Positions 26,969-37,334 of a stretch of 50,013 bases of DNA are shown here, piece by piece. The notes under the pieces are model-generated. The model searched no databases and was not told where the DNA came from. It saw nothing but the letters and a program-made list of their open reading frames with translations. Made by a program: the position numbers and the translations under genes. Each line of letters opens with the position of its first letter. Positions within the stretch are counted from its first letter, which is position 1. Origin of the DNA: an uncultured archaeon (GTDB lineage Archaea > Asgardarchaeota > Lokiarchaeia > Sigyniarchaeales > SOKP01); contig CAZDTP010000025.1 in assembly GCA_964508365.1 (NCBI GenBank), positions 1-50,013 of the forward strand. The letters run 5' to 3'.

Positions 26969-27118
26969 TTAGCGAATTTTAATCCGTTTTATTACATCAG
27001 GGCGTTTTTTGTATAATATACGAAATCCACAGTGAGAACACTTTATCCCTGGAAGTGCGTTTAATTCTTTTTTAGAGACTTCTTTTCCACAGCTTTTTCG
27101 AGCACAAACATAATTCAT
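26969..27118 (-). CDS. rpoP: RNA polymerase subunit P (Rpo12), 49 aa, not in the ORF track
   Basis: MNYVCARKSCGKEV...IKCSHCGFRILYKKRPDVIKRIKIR. Confidence 0.93.
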   Translation of the reverse strand: MNYVCARKSCGKEVSKKELNALPGIKCSHCGFRILYKKRPDVIKRIKIR

Positions 27119-27218
27119 AATTTTTAAAATTAATTAAAGTTAAAAAATTTTTCGCACATAATTAAAAATGTTGACAAAATTCCTTAAAATATAGAATTTG
27201 TTAAGAAAATAAATTGGA

Positions 27219-28034
27219 TTATATATATAATGACTTTCTCTTATCCTCAGTGTCAACAAACTCAAAAGTGTTTAAATCTTTTTCTAATTGGTCTCTTTTG
27301 TTTTGTAAATTTTTAGTTATATCCTCTATATTATCAAGTGAATATTTCTTTTTAATTGGTAAAGTGAACGATTTCTTAATCATCTCCAAAAGTGTTATTG
27401 ACGCCTTTAAATCAGTTATATCTTCATTTACCATTGCGATGTTATCTGTTTCTGCTAAAAGAACTATTCCGTCTAAATTAAACCGTGCTTTTGCTAGGGT
27501 AGGGATTAACCCATTAGCACCGATAATTACGCCTTTTTGAATCTTATCGCAATTGGTTTTAGCAAGAAATTCTTGTAACAATTCTCGGTTTGTCGAACTT
27601 GCATATATTTTAGGAATTTTTGTATTGATTTTACGACTATTTACTGGATAAGCCCCTAAGGCTATTATCAAGTTAACTCTAAATTGATAGATAATTTCAG
27701 CAAGGAAATTTGAAATTTTATAGATACCTTTAGGTGTTAAACTCTGAGCGTCCGCAGTGATTAAAAAAATATCTCTCTTTTGTTCAGGATCTTTCCAAAA
27801 TAAAATTTCTGCTTTAGGAGCGGATAACATACTATCATCCACTATAGCTCCTGCTGGATAATCATCAAATATAAAATCCATTATGTTTTTAGCGTCTAAT
27901 TGTCCTATTAAAGAATCAATTGCAAATTTTCCGACATCGGCTATTCCTGGCATGCCTAAAATACATATTGGATCGTTAAAATCATCCTCGTTAAAATCAA
28001 AATGCTTAATTATTCTTATCCCAGACTCTGTCAT
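27219..28034 (-). CDS. PAC2-family proteasome assembly chaperone (PbaA/B-like)
   Basis: GMPGIADVGK, IIALGAY, IIGANGLI, LLAET. Confidence 0.85.
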   Translation of the reverse strand: MTESGIRIIKHFDFNEDDFNDPICILGMPGIADVGKFAIDSLIGQLDAKNIMDFIFDDYPAGAIVDDSMLSAPKAEILFWKDPEQKRDIFLITADAQSLTPKGIYKISNFLAEIIYQFRVNLIIALGAYPVNSRKINTKIPKIYASSTNRELLQEFLAKTNCDKIQKGVIIGANGLIPTLAKARFNLDGIVLLAETDNIAMVNEDITDLKASITLLEMIKKSFTLPIKKKYSLDNIEDITKNLQNKRDQLEKDLNTFEFVDTEDKRKSLYI

Positions 28035-28233
28035 TTTTTTAGCTGAACTATTATTATATGATATAATAAGAGTCTTTATTCTGTCTATAAAATCAATGTG
28101 TTATCCTAATAGACACATAATTTACCGTAAAAGTAATATTTTAATAATATCACAAAAATTTTATTTTCTTAAGTATCATTAGATATATAGGATTTCTTAC
28201 CGACAATTTAAAAAAATTTTTTATCATTTAGAA

Positions 28234-28827
28234 GTGACCGAGCCATACTATGCATGTCTGAAATGCGGATCATGCTGCCACGAAATTGAATACAAAAAAA
28301 GAATCCCTTTGTATCCCGAAGAGGCGAATCTCTTAATCGAAATAGCCAAAAAACGAGGAATTGCTTTTAAGATTATAGAAGACTTAGTTTTTCCTGATAT
28401 TTTAAATAAAAAAATTTTAATTGTGACATACAAAATATTATTCGACAAAGAAACTAATGGTTGCTCCTTTTATGATAACACTTATGGTTGCACAGTTCAT
28501 GATACAAAACCGTTAGCATGCAAAGCATATCCTTTGGCTTTGAAACAAGTAGATGCTTTTAATTTTCAAATTAGCGTTGATCCCTTATGTCATTATGTAA
28601 ATAACCAATATGACCTATTAAAAAATGCTAGTTTCTCGAGTATGAAAGAAATTTTTAAAAACGAATATCCAAATGCTCAAAACCATTTAATGAAAAATAA
28701 AAAGTTAATGTTAAAAATTAAGAAACTTGAATTTAAAAACAAAATTAAGATATCTAGACAAATAAGTTTAGAGGATTTCAATAAATATTTGAAAGAATGG
28801 GAAAGGGAAGAACTAACTACTAAATAA
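28234..28827 (+). CDS. YkgJ/UPF0153 cysteine-cluster (Fe-S/Zn) protein
   Basis: CLKCGSCC, CSFY...CTVHDTKPLACKAYP. Confidence 0.85.
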   Translation: MTEPYYACLKCGSCCHEIEYKKRIPLYPEEANLLIEIAKKRGIAFKIIEDLVFPDILNKKILIVTYKILFDKETNGCSFYDNTYGCTVHDTKPLACKAYPLALKQVDAFNFQISVDPLCHYVNNQYDLLKNASFSSMKEIFKNEYPNAQNHLMKNKKLMLKIKKLEFKNKIKISRQISLEDFNKYLKEWEREELTTK

Positions 28828-28830
28828 AAA

Positions 28831-29478
28831 TTGAGTCTCATTATGAATAAATTTGTATCTTTACTCTCCGGAGGTTTGGATAGTCCAATAGCAGCATTTT
28901 TAATGATAAGGAAAAATTATATTCCTACTTTTTTGTCTTTTTTAACAGCAGACGACGACAATAATTCTATGAAGAAAAAGATTATTAAGATTATCAATAT
29001 CTTAAAAAAATACATAGATTCCGAAGTGGTAATATATTTTATTTATCATGATAATAACTTAAACGTTTTTAAAGAATTATGTGACCGAAAATTAACATGT
29101 GTTTTATGTAAGCGATTAATGCTAAGAATAGCAAAGAAATTAGGAGAATTAATTCAAACTAACATAATAGTAACTGGTGATATTTTAGGAGAACAAGCAA
29201 GTCAAACTCTTGACAATCTATATGCCTATAATAACATTACCTCTGGTTGTGTAATGTTAAGGCCGTTAATAGGATGCGATAAACAAGAAGTTATCGATAT
29301 AAACAAGCGAATAGGGTCCTATAACACCTCTTCTGAACCCTCAGCGGGGTGCAATTTTAACCCTCAATACCCTGAAACTCATGCGAAACTTGATGAAGTC
29401 CTCAATTCAGAAAAAAGAGTAAACATAGAGGAATTGATAATGAATTCGATTAAGAATGCAGAGATTTTAAAATTTTAA
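28831..29478 (+). CDS. thiI: ThiI-like tRNA sulfurtransferase, PP-loop domain only
   Basis: LLSGGLDSPIA, CVLCKRLM, TGDILGEQASQTLDNL, RPLIGCDKQEVI; no N-terminal THUMP domain. Confidence 0.8.
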   Translation: MSLIMNKFVSLLSGGLDSPIAAFLMIRKNYIPTFLSFLTADDDNNSMKKKIIKIINILKKYIDSEVVIYFIYHDNNLNVFKELCDRKLTCVLCKRLMLRIAKKLGELIQTNIIVTGDILGEQASQTLDNLYAYNNITSGCVMLRPLIGCDKQEVIDINKRIGSYNTSSEPSAGCNFNPQYPETHAKLDEVLNSEKRVNIEELIMNSIKNAEILKF

Positions 29479-29859
29479 AACTAATTCATCAATAACTTCA
29501 TTAAATTTATCATCTTCCAGTTCAGATTCGTTAAAATCAGGCAAATTTTCGCAGATTACTTGAGCTAATAGATGTTTACAAAACGATCTTCTTCTTTGTA
29601 TCACTACTGCTTTATAAAAGTCTTGGCAAGAGCAGTACAATTTTGGATATAACAAATATTCGTCGTTTTCTCCCAAAGCTATCCAAACAACTCTCTTCGA
29701 AGGATTAAAGGTATATTTTGTTATACCTCTTTTTATAACTTTTAATACTTTGTCGACTTTGTCAGGAAAAATCCTATCAATGAAATTCAACAATTCTTCA
29801 TCAATAACACCTTTCTTTTCAGCCATTAAAGATATATCAAATAATAAATCTTTTGACAT
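29467..29859 (-). CDS. SWIM zinc-finger protein
   Basis: YCSCQDFY...CKHLLA. Confidence 0.85.
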   Translation of the reverse strand: MSKDLLFDISLMAEKKGVIDEELLNFIDRIFPDKVDKVLKVIKRGITKYTFNPSKRVVWIALGENDEYLLYPKLYCSCQDFYKAVVIQRRRSFCKHLLAQVICENLPDFNESELEDDKFNEVIDELVLKF

Positions 29860-29908
29860 TTGATTATCATATATTAATTATAATTGATAAATAAAAAGGA
29901 TCTTAAGA

Positions 29909-31204
29909 TTGAATCATATTTTGTATTTTCCAACAAGATATTTCCCCGCTATTTCGGGTGCAGAATTTTACCTCCAAAGCATAGCAGAAATTATGAATTC
30001 GAAATATAATTATACAGTTGATGTTTACACTTCCACAGCAGTAGATTTTAAAGGTTTAAGACATGCTGATGGTAAAATTATAAACCCTGGAGATAAGAAT
30101 TATGATTACATTAATAAGTTAAAAATTTCTCGTTATCCAATAAAATACAATATAGATATAGATGAAAAACTTCACAAGATTAAAAGTTTCTCATCTTACG
30201 AGAAACTACAATTGTCAGATGAATGTTTGATAGAATTCTTAAAAAACGGACCGTATTTGGATAGTTTAATTGAAAAAATAGAATTTCCAATAAATTTTAC
30301 CTTTGATTTAATTCATACGACATTTTTTCCCTACTTCAATTTATTAATTGCACTAATGCTTGGGAAACTTATAAATAAACCAACTGTTTGTACTCCTTTT
30401 TTCCATTTTTCAAATCCACGATATCATAATAAACACCTTATTGAGGCCCTTAAAAAGTTTGATAGGATAATCGCTTGTACAGCTTTGGAGAAAAAAGTAT
30501 TAACGAAAAAACTAGGTATTTCAGAAAGTAAAATAAAAATAATTTCAATGGGAGTAAATTTCAAGAAATTTAATCACTCTTCAGAACAAATCAAAAACGA
30601 ATTTCGCTTTAAACATAAATTTTTTAGACCAAATGAAAAAGACTATAAAATGGTATTATTTTGTGGTTACAAAAACTATGAAAAAGGAGCTATCTCTATC
30701 TTAAAGACAATTCCTAATATTTTAAAGAAGTTCCCTAAAGTTTATTTTGTATTTATTGGTCCTTCCACAATTGCTTTCAATAGAGAGCTTTCTAAACTCC
30801 AAAAGATTATCAAACCACGGATAGTCAACTTAACTCCAGATAATTTAAAAGGATATTACGATCCAAAAAAAATAGCAGCGTTTAGAGAAACAGACATTTA
30901 TCTGATGCCAAGTAGAAGCGACGCTTACGGAATTGCTTATTTGGAAGCTTGGGCTTCAGGTAAACCTGTTATTGGGGCGAATATAGGAGCAACTCCAGAA
31001 GTCATTAGAAATAACTTAGATGGACTACTTGTTGAATTTAACAATTATGAGGATATTGCAAATAAAGTTGTATCACTCCTGAAAAACGAGCATTTTAGTA
31101 ATAAAATGGGACAAGAAGGTAAAAGAAAAGTACAAAAAAACCTTTCTTGGCATGATGTAGCAAAAAAAACCCATCAAGTTTACATAGAACTAATTCATAA
31201 CTGA
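29909..31204 (+). CDS. GT4-family glycosyltransferase
   Basis: YFPAISGAE, EKG, PSRSDAYGIAYLEAWASGKPVIG. Confidence 0.9.
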   Translation: MNHILYFPTRYFPAISGAEFYLQSIAEIMNSKYNYTVDVYTSTAVDFKGLRHADGKIINPGDKNYDYINKLKISRYPIKYNIDIDEKLHKIKSFSSYEKLQLSDECLIEFLKNGPYLDSLIEKIEFPINFTFDLIHTTFFPYFNLLIALMLGKLINKPTVCTPFFHFSNPRYHNKHLIEALKKFDRIIACTALEKKVLTKKLGISESKIKIISMGVNFKKFNHSSEQIKNEFRFKHKFFRPNEKDYKMVLFCGYKNYEKGAISILKTIPNILKKFPKVYFVFIGPSTIAFNRELSKLQKIIKPRIVNLTPDNLKGYYDPKKIAAFRETDIYLMPSRSDAYGIAYLEAWASGKPVIGANIGATPEVIRNNLDGLLVEFNNYEDIANKVVSLLKNEHFSNKMGQEGKRKVQKNLSWHDVAKKTHQVYIELIHN

Positions 31205-31205
31205 G

Positions 31206-32435
31206 GTGAACAAATTGAAAAAATTATCAGGAAATCCCCATTTGATAAAAAAAGATGGGAAGTTATTGATTGGTGATATAAAAGCAAGTGAAATTTTTAA
31301 AAACAAACAAACCCCATTTATGATTTTTTTAGCAAAAAGAATAAAAAATAACATTAACTCTTTTTGTCGAGCATTCCAGTCAGTATTTGATAACTTCCAA
31401 TGTTTCTATTCATTCAAAGCTAATTATCTGCCCGATATTTGCAGAATTGTCCAATCGGAAGGTGTAGGTGCTGAACTAATTGGGCTACCTGAATTAAAAT
31501 TGGCGTTAAAGCTACAATTTCCATCTGAAAAAATTATTGTGGGGGGGCCATATTTACCTCAAGAACTTATTGAAAAATGTATCTTGGAGAACATTAAGGA
31601 AATCGTCGTATACAACTTAAATGATGTAATTCTAATCGATTCCATTGCTAAAAAGTATAAAAAGGTTCAAGAAATTTGCCTTAGATTAAATCTTCAGAAG
31701 TTTGGAAGCAAATTAGGAATTGATCTTGATGAATTCGACCTTACATTACTAAAAAAAATAAAAAATGAATATAAGAATGTTAAAATAACAACCATATTAT
31801 CTCATTATTCTACTCAGATGAATAACTTTGAGCAATTTAAACAAAATCTAAGAAATGTTCTAGAAAAAATTAAAATTTTATTAAAAGCAGGATTTAGAAT
31901 AGAAAATATAAATTTGGGAGGTGGATTTCCTGAAGCAGCTATTATGCCCGAGTACCAATTGGTTGAAATAGCTAAAAAAATTAAGTTAATTTTAACTAAT
32001 TTCGATTATGAATTTAAGCATATCTATTTTGAACCAGGACGTTATTTTGTTGGAGATGCTGGGATATTCTTAGCAAAAGTTATTAAAGTGTATAAAGATA
32101 GATGGATTTTTTTAAATATTGGTAATCATATATGTCCCAAATTTGCTAAAGCTTCTTTAAGGTTTTACAATATAACTCGACTAAATGACCCTCATAAATA
32201 CAAAACCTCTATTGCTGGAATTGTACCCACCGATCAAGATGTTCTAGCCAAAAATTACTTTTTCACAAAAGAATTAAAAGAAGGAGATCTTGTTTTGATT
32301 ACTAATGTTGGGGCATATTGTTTAACCTTTTCAAATCGATTTCCTTATCTTCTCCCAGATATATCTCTAATAGAAGATGGAACCATTTCTCAAATTTTTG
32401 ATCCATTCGTTCACCACGATTTTTCTCTAAATTAA
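31206..32435 (+). CDS. Fold-type III PLP-dependent decarboxylase (LysA/ODC family)
   Basis: YSFKAN (PLP Lys), SKLG, NLGGGF, EPGRY, VGAY. Confidence 0.85.
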   Translation: MNKLKKLSGNPHLIKKDGKLLIGDIKASEIFKNKQTPFMIFLAKRIKNNINSFCRAFQSVFDNFQCFYSFKANYLPDICRIVQSEGVGAELIGLPELKLALKLQFPSEKIIVGGPYLPQELIEKCILENIKEIVVYNLNDVILIDSIAKKYKKVQEICLRLNLQKFGSKLGIDLDEFDLTLLKKIKNEYKNVKITTILSHYSTQMNNFEQFKQNLRNVLEKIKILLKAGFRIENINLGGGFPEAAIMPEYQLVEIAKKIKLILTNFDYEFKHIYFEPGRYFVGDAGIFLAKVIKVYKDRWIFLNIGNHICPKFAKASLRFYNITRLNDPHKYKTSIAGIVPTDQDVLAKNYFFTKELKEGDLVLITNVGAYCLTFSNRFPYLLPDISLIEDGTISQIFDPFVHHDFSLN

Positions 32436-32538
32436 ACCCATAATTCTTGATGTGTGCGTAATATGTGAATATTATATTCATTCTAATTTTTTATTTATAT
32501 TATTTCTATAACGAAAATATAACATCGCGTCGTTTTTA

Positions 32539-33651
32539 ATGGAATCTCTAATAAAGAATGCTAAAAAAAGAGAAGTAGTAAGACCAACCCGAGAAAATTT
32601 TGGCTACGCAAATATTAAAATAGTCGGATGCGGGGGAGCTGGTAACAATACTATCAATCGATTAATGAAAATAGGAATTCGAGGAGCGAAATGTGTGGCT
32701 GTAAATACAGATCTCCAGCATTTAGAAAGTGTGGAATCTCATATAAAATTATTAATTGGAAAAAATTTGACAAGGGGATTAGGTGCTGGAGGTAATCCAG
32801 ATGTGGGAAGAGCAGCCGCAGAAGAGTCTCGTGAAGATTTAACTAAAATACTTAGAGATTCTAATTTAGTTTTTATAACTTGCGGAGAAGGGGGTGGAAC
32901 GGGAACTGGCAGTGCGCCTATTGTAGCAGAAATAGCTAAACTTGAAGGGGCTATAGTCGTTGGGGTAGTTACTTTACCTTTTGAAACCGAAATTGGACGT
33001 ATTAATAAAGCACAAATCGGTCTTAACGAATTAAAAAAATATGCAGACACGCTAGTGGTAATAGATAATAACCGCCTTTTAGACATAGCTCCAGACTTGC
33101 CCATTATCGAGGCGTTTAGCGTTGCAGACGAAGTATTAGCAACTATGGTCAAAGGAATAACTGAAACGATTTCGCTACCATCACTGATTAACTTAGATTT
33201 TGCTGATGTTAGAACAATTTTGAGTACTGGAGGAGTTGCAATAGTCGGAGTAGGCGAGTCTGGTGACAAAAATAATCGGGTAGAAGACGCTATCGAAGAC
33301 GCTCTCAACTCACCGCTGTTAGATGTATCGATTGATGGCGCAAAAGGAGCTCTGATTCATATTTGTGGAGGGAACGATATGACTTTAGCCGAAGCAAATT
33401 CAGTTGCAAAGAAAATATCGGAAAAGATGGATGTAAACAATGCTATGGTTATTTGGGGCGCTCGCGTAAACGATGAATTTGACGGTTACCTACGAGTTAT
33501 GCTCCTTATTACAGGCATAAAATCACCACAGATTTTTGGGAAAAATATCTCAAGCATTTCCTCTTTTAGCGAAAATATTTCACCTAAGAATCTTAATGAA
33601 AGCAAACTTTCTAATGATATCCTAAATATTAGAGAGCTTTCTATTGACTGA
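32539..33651 (+). CDS. ftsZ: Cell division GTPase FtsZ
   Basis: GCGGAGNN, GGGTGTG tubulin signature, T7 loop INLDFADV. Confidence 0.97.
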   Translation: MESLIKNAKKREVVRPTRENFGYANIKIVGCGGAGNNTINRLMKIGIRGAKCVAVNTDLQHLESVESHIKLLIGKNLTRGLGAGGNPDVGRAAAEESREDLTKILRDSNLVFITCGEGGGTGTGSAPIVAEIAKLEGAIVVGVVTLPFETEIGRINKAQIGLNELKKYADTLVVIDNNRLLDIAPDLPIIEAFSVADEVLATMVKGITETISLPSLINLDFADVRTILSTGGVAIVGVGESGDKNNRVEDAIEDALNSPLLDVSIDGAKGALIHICGGNDMTLAEANSVAKKISEKMDVNNAMVIWGARVNDEFDGYLRVMLLITGIKSPQIFGKNISSISSFSENISPKNLNESKLSNDILNIRELSID

Positions 33652-34057
33652 AATATTTTTTCTCCTCCTTTTTAAATCTTCTTCTATAATCAATTATATG
33701 AACGATAAATACCGCGTAAAAACTCAAAATGAAATTAATACAATTTTAAAGAGATTAGACGAGTGGAAAGACTTGTTTTTTTTTGAAGTGAGGTATTTTT
33801 ATGAAGGATGGGCGATCTTTATGAAAGAGAAAAACACATATCCAAGAAGTCTTGTAATATTTAAATCGTATTCTGACAATTATTACTCTATTAAAAGTTT
33901 TGAAATTCATTCCAGTGAAAAAAAGGAAACTTATAAAGAGCTTTATATTAATGAGAAGATTGACACGGTCCAACAGCTACAGTCTGAAATTAAAGAAATT
34001 ATATATGGGAAAGATATTTTAGATTCAATTACAAAATTAAATTATGAACCCATTTAA
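33644..34057 (+). CDS. Hypothetical protein (likely start ATG near 33698)
   Basis: ORF directly downstream of ftsZ; no motif recognised. Confidence 0.6.
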   Translation: MTEIFFLLLFKSSSIINYMNDKYRVKTQNEINTILKRLDEWKDLFFFEVRYFYEGWAIFMKEKNTYPRSLVIFKSYSDNYYSIKSFEIHSSEKKETYKELYINEKIDTVQQLQSEIKEIIYGKDILDSITKLNYEPI

Positions 34058-34097
34058 AACTTCATCGCTTAAATACTTAAATTTGGATGAATTAATA

Positions 34098-34655
34098 TTA
34101 AAATTGAGGTTTGTACATTTTTCGGAATTCTTCTTTCTTTTTCTCGTTATATTTATCTTCTAAAAATTTCAATACAGAGTGGTGAGGCATTCCACTTAAC
34201 AACATATTTACTGCTTTTCTCGAAATTTGTAGATTGTCATAGTCAGATATGATCGAAACTGTTTTTCCATAAACAGAGACGTGACTCTCGGCAAATCTTT
34301 CTATAGCCCTTCTCATCTCTCCATTTCTACCAATAATTCTACCCTTCAATCTTTTTATTTTCTTCTCTGATTTTCCTAACAAATTGTATAGATTAAAAAC
34401 CTCAATGTCAAAAGTCTCATCTAATAACTTCATGGCTTTTGTCGGATTAAATCCTCTATTGATGGCGTTCAATATTTTTTCAGCACTAAATGTATTAAGA
34501 GCGCTATATTTAGGGTGTTCAATTAAAGGTTTTACTTCGCAATCTCCAGTTTTACTATCTAAATTTATTTGTACTCCCAAAACATCTTCTATCTCTTTTT
34601 TAGTTTCACCATTTTTTCCGATTATTACCGCAATTCGATTTTGTCCTATTTTCAT
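34098..34655 (-). CDS. KH-domain rRNA processing protein Dim2/Pno1
   Basis: Two KH GxxG loops: IIGKNGETKK and GRIIGRNGEMRR. Confidence 0.93.
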   Translation of the reverse strand: MKIGQNRIAVIIGKNGETKKEIEDVLGVQINLDSKTGDCEVKPLIEHPKYSALNTFSAEKILNAINRGFNPTKAMKLLDETFDIEVFNLYNLLGKSEKKIKRLKGRIIGRNGEMRRAIERFAESHVSVYGKTVSIISDYDNLQISRKAVNMLLSGMPHHSVLKFLEDKYNEKKKEEFRKMYKPQF

Positions 34656-34705
34656 GTTCCTAATTTAAATCATATGTTTTCAACAAAATATATTTTTTCA
34701 TTTTT

Positions 34706-35566
34706 CTATTCTAAGTTTATAACTTCATAGTAAAAGTCTTCTCGATTTGGTACCTCTACTCCTATCGTATCAAAATAATTAAAAATATTTGTGATATCCC
34801 TTACCAATAATACTTCTGCTTTTGGATGATGTATTGTTACCGCCTGTGATATGTCAATTATTACCGGTTTTTGATTATGGTATAAAATATTAAATTCAGA
34901 TAAATCACCATGTACTAAAGCTGCTTTTTGATATAAATTTTTAATAAAATAGAGGATTTCGTTTAATAATTTGATAGGGTTCGTAGGAAATTTTATATCT
35001 TTGAGTTTAGGTGCTGGTATTGAACCAAAACCGATGTAATCCATTATCAGAATATTATTTTTTATATAAAGAGGTTCAGGTACGCTTAAACCCTCTCTGT
35101 AAGCTCTTTTAAGATTTTTAAACTCTTTACTTGCCCATAGATATATTATTTTAGAAACATTATTTGGAACCCTTTTAAATCTAGGATCTCCGATAATGTA
35201 ATTTCTCATCCATTTTGAAGTATTTGTATCAATTTTATATATTTTTACTGCGTATTCTTTATTATCTTGACCATAAGCAAGATATACATTTGCTTCTTTA
35301 CCCGCAGAAATTATCCCTTCGATACGGCTTAAAACTCCAGATTTTAATAATTTGCTAACTTGTAAATACATTCTTTCATCAAATACTGAATCCACCGTAG
35401 CCCTCTTCTTAGTTTGATCGATATTTTTAACGCGTTTTGAATCAATCTGCTTTTTTACTAAATTATCTATATTTTTATCGAAGCTGTTCTCCATATTGTC
35501 GTTACTATCGTGATTATCGAGTTCTTCTTCGTCGTTCCGCTCCTCTTCGGTGTGATTTTTTCCCAA
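34706..35566 (-). CDS. rio1: Rio1 serine kinase
   Basis: ISAGKEANVY, AVKIY, WASKEFKNL, VHGDLSEFNIL, IIDISQAV. Confidence 0.95.
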   Translation of the reverse strand: MGKNHTEEERNDEEELDNHDSNDNMENSFDKNIDNLVKKQIDSKRVKNIDQTKKRATVDSVFDERMYLQVSKLLKSGVLSRIEGIISAGKEANVYLAYGQDNKEYAVKIYKIDTNTSKWMRNYIIGDPRFKRVPNNVSKIIYLWASKEFKNLKRAYREGLSVPEPLYIKNNILIMDYIGFGSIPAPKLKDIKFPTNPIKLLNEILYFIKNLYQKAALVHGDLSEFNILYHNQKPVIIDISQAVTIHHPKAEVLLVRDITNIFNYFDTIGVEVPNREDFYYEVINLE

Positions 35567-36490
35567 TCAATCCGCCCCCTTAATAATCTTTAAAGATATT
35601 TTATCCTTAATAAAAAAAGAAAAGTTCTTAACATGTTTAAAACTGTTTTCATCTCTTAGTACGACTCTATTCTTAGTAATATTTTCAACTAAATATCTGA
35701 CATTATTGATCATAACAGCGTCGTTTTTCTTAAATGGTAAGAATTTTATAAGGGCTTTTAATCTATAAATACCTCTTCCTTTTTGAGAATCTCTGCCTAC
35801 CAACTTTTTTGATCGATTTAAAATAAAGTTAAAATTCGCTTTCATATATAAAATAATTCGGTTCATCAACTCATTTGTGCTTAAGTAGAGATCCACACCA
35901 AGATTTTGATCTTCTATTTTCGAAATATACTGGGTACTATTTTTAGCAAATAAATTTTCTACGAAAAACGAGATCTGGTCTAAAGCTTCTTTAATAACTT
36001 CAAATTGAGACCTATCAGTCACCCTCAATTGGATGATCGAAAGATAATACATTCCTGCCCTTAAATTAGTGCAATTTTTGCATAGATCATAATTAATGTT
36101 CAGTTTTAGGGTTTGTTGATGTGAAATCTTTTGATTATCCCTTAATTTCCCCAATATCGTAACATCTAAAGAAGTTAAAAGATCTCGTGAAGAGTATACA
36201 AATGTATCGAATGAGAACGAGAATATTATCATATCTTGTTTTACATAATTTCTTAATAAAAAGCGAATTAACGCGTCCTCAATGATTTTGAACAAATTGT
36301 TACTCTCAGATTCTATCCATTCCTCTTTTTTTGAGTATTTTTGGCAATCAATACATAACTTAAAGTTATAATTATTCGGTAACTCAAATAATGGATGTTC
36401 CTCTAAATAACAATTAAGGCACATACCAAAATGAGGTGCTAATTCATCAATTACTGTACCACATATTGCACAAAATCTGTGAGGCATCAA
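35567..36490 (-). CDS. nmd3: 60S export/biogenesis factor Nmd3
   Basis: FCAICG...CLNC, CIDC, CKNC, YYLSIIQLR. Confidence 0.88.
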   Translation of the reverse strand: MMPHRFCAICGTVIDELAPHFGMCLNCYLEEHPLFELPNNYNFKLCIDCQKYSKKEEWIESESNNLFKIIEDALIRFLLRNYVKQDMIIFSFSFDTFVYSSRDLLTSLDVTILGKLRDNQKISHQQTLKLNINYDLCKNCTNLRAGMYYLSIIQLRVTDRSQFEVIKEALDQISFFVENLFAKNSTQYISKIEDQNLGVDLYLSTNELMNRIILYMKANFNFILNRSKKLVGRDSQKGRGIYRLKALIKFLPFKKNDAVMINNVRYLVENITKNRVVLRDENSFKHVKNFSFFIKDKISLKIIKGAD

Positions 36491-36783
36491 AACATCATTT
36501 TCATAGCCATTGGTATATTATTTATCTTTCTAACTCCTTCTTTGGAAAGTATTTTCTGTGCTATAGCCATGTTAGTTATATTTTCTCCAACGATATTAAA
36601 ATATGACGCGCCTTTTAGTATTTCAATCGCTTTGTCTATAGCTAGAAGATCTCCTCCAAAAAAGGTGGAACTAATCTCAATTCTTAAATTACCTTCAGTA
36701 AAAATTTGATTTAATAAAGCCTCATCGCAACAAGCGATTGTTTCAATGTCACTATGTCTATGGATTTTAAGATATACTTTCAT
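36487..36783 (-). CDS. DUF424 family protein
   Basis: IACCDEALL, ISSTFFGG, NIVGENI. Confidence 0.85.
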   Translation of the reverse strand: MKVYLKIHRHSDIETIACCDEALLNQIFTEGNLRIEISSTFFGGDLLAIDKAIEILKGASYFNIVGENITNMAIAQKILSKEGVRKINNIPMAMKMMF

Positions 36784-36804
36784 TTAATTCTCATTAATAG
36801 ACGA

Positions 36805-37227
36805 TTATTTCTCTTTAATTTCTTCTCTCGCTCCGCAAGCTGTGCATTTGAGAAAATTTTTTTTACCTTCTTTTTGAATATTTGTATCTGGTTTATTACA
36901 GATTTTACATAATACATATGTTTTTGAGTAAAGTTCAATGAGTCTGTTTAATACTTGTTCTTTGTAAATTCCCTTTAAAAACAATTGTTGCCCTCTTATT
37001 TCTCCCATAGTTCCTACTTTTTTGAGAAATACTCCTATAAAATGCTTTCGATCTCTATTCAAAATATTGATAATCCTGTTAAAGTTTGTAATGTATGTGT
37101 TTTTTGCTTCAAATCTTATTTCAACTTTAGGTATCTCAAACCTAGATAATTTCTTTACATTCTCTGGAATTTTTTCATAAGCTTTATCAATTAAATCGTC
37201 ATAATTATTTAAATCCATTTCATTCAA
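36805..37227 (-). CDS. aIF2b: Translation initiation factor aIF2 beta
   Basis: YDDLIDKAY, RFEIP, CKICNKPDT...CTACGA. Confidence 0.95.
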   Translation of the reverse strand: MNEMDLNNYDDLIDKAYEKIPENVKKLSRFEIPKVEIRFEAKNTYITNFNRIINILNRDRKHFIGVFLKKVGTMGEIRGQQLFLKGIYKEQVLNRLIELYSKTYVLCKICNKPDTNIQKEGKKNFLKCTACGAREEIKEK

Positions 37228-37334
37228 CCTGTCCTTAATATTTCTACAATATCCTATAATTAACCTTACAAAATTAATTTTACGATTTTGAGAATGAAAT
37301 TAGCGATAAAGAACAATCTTGTGAATGATGCTGT

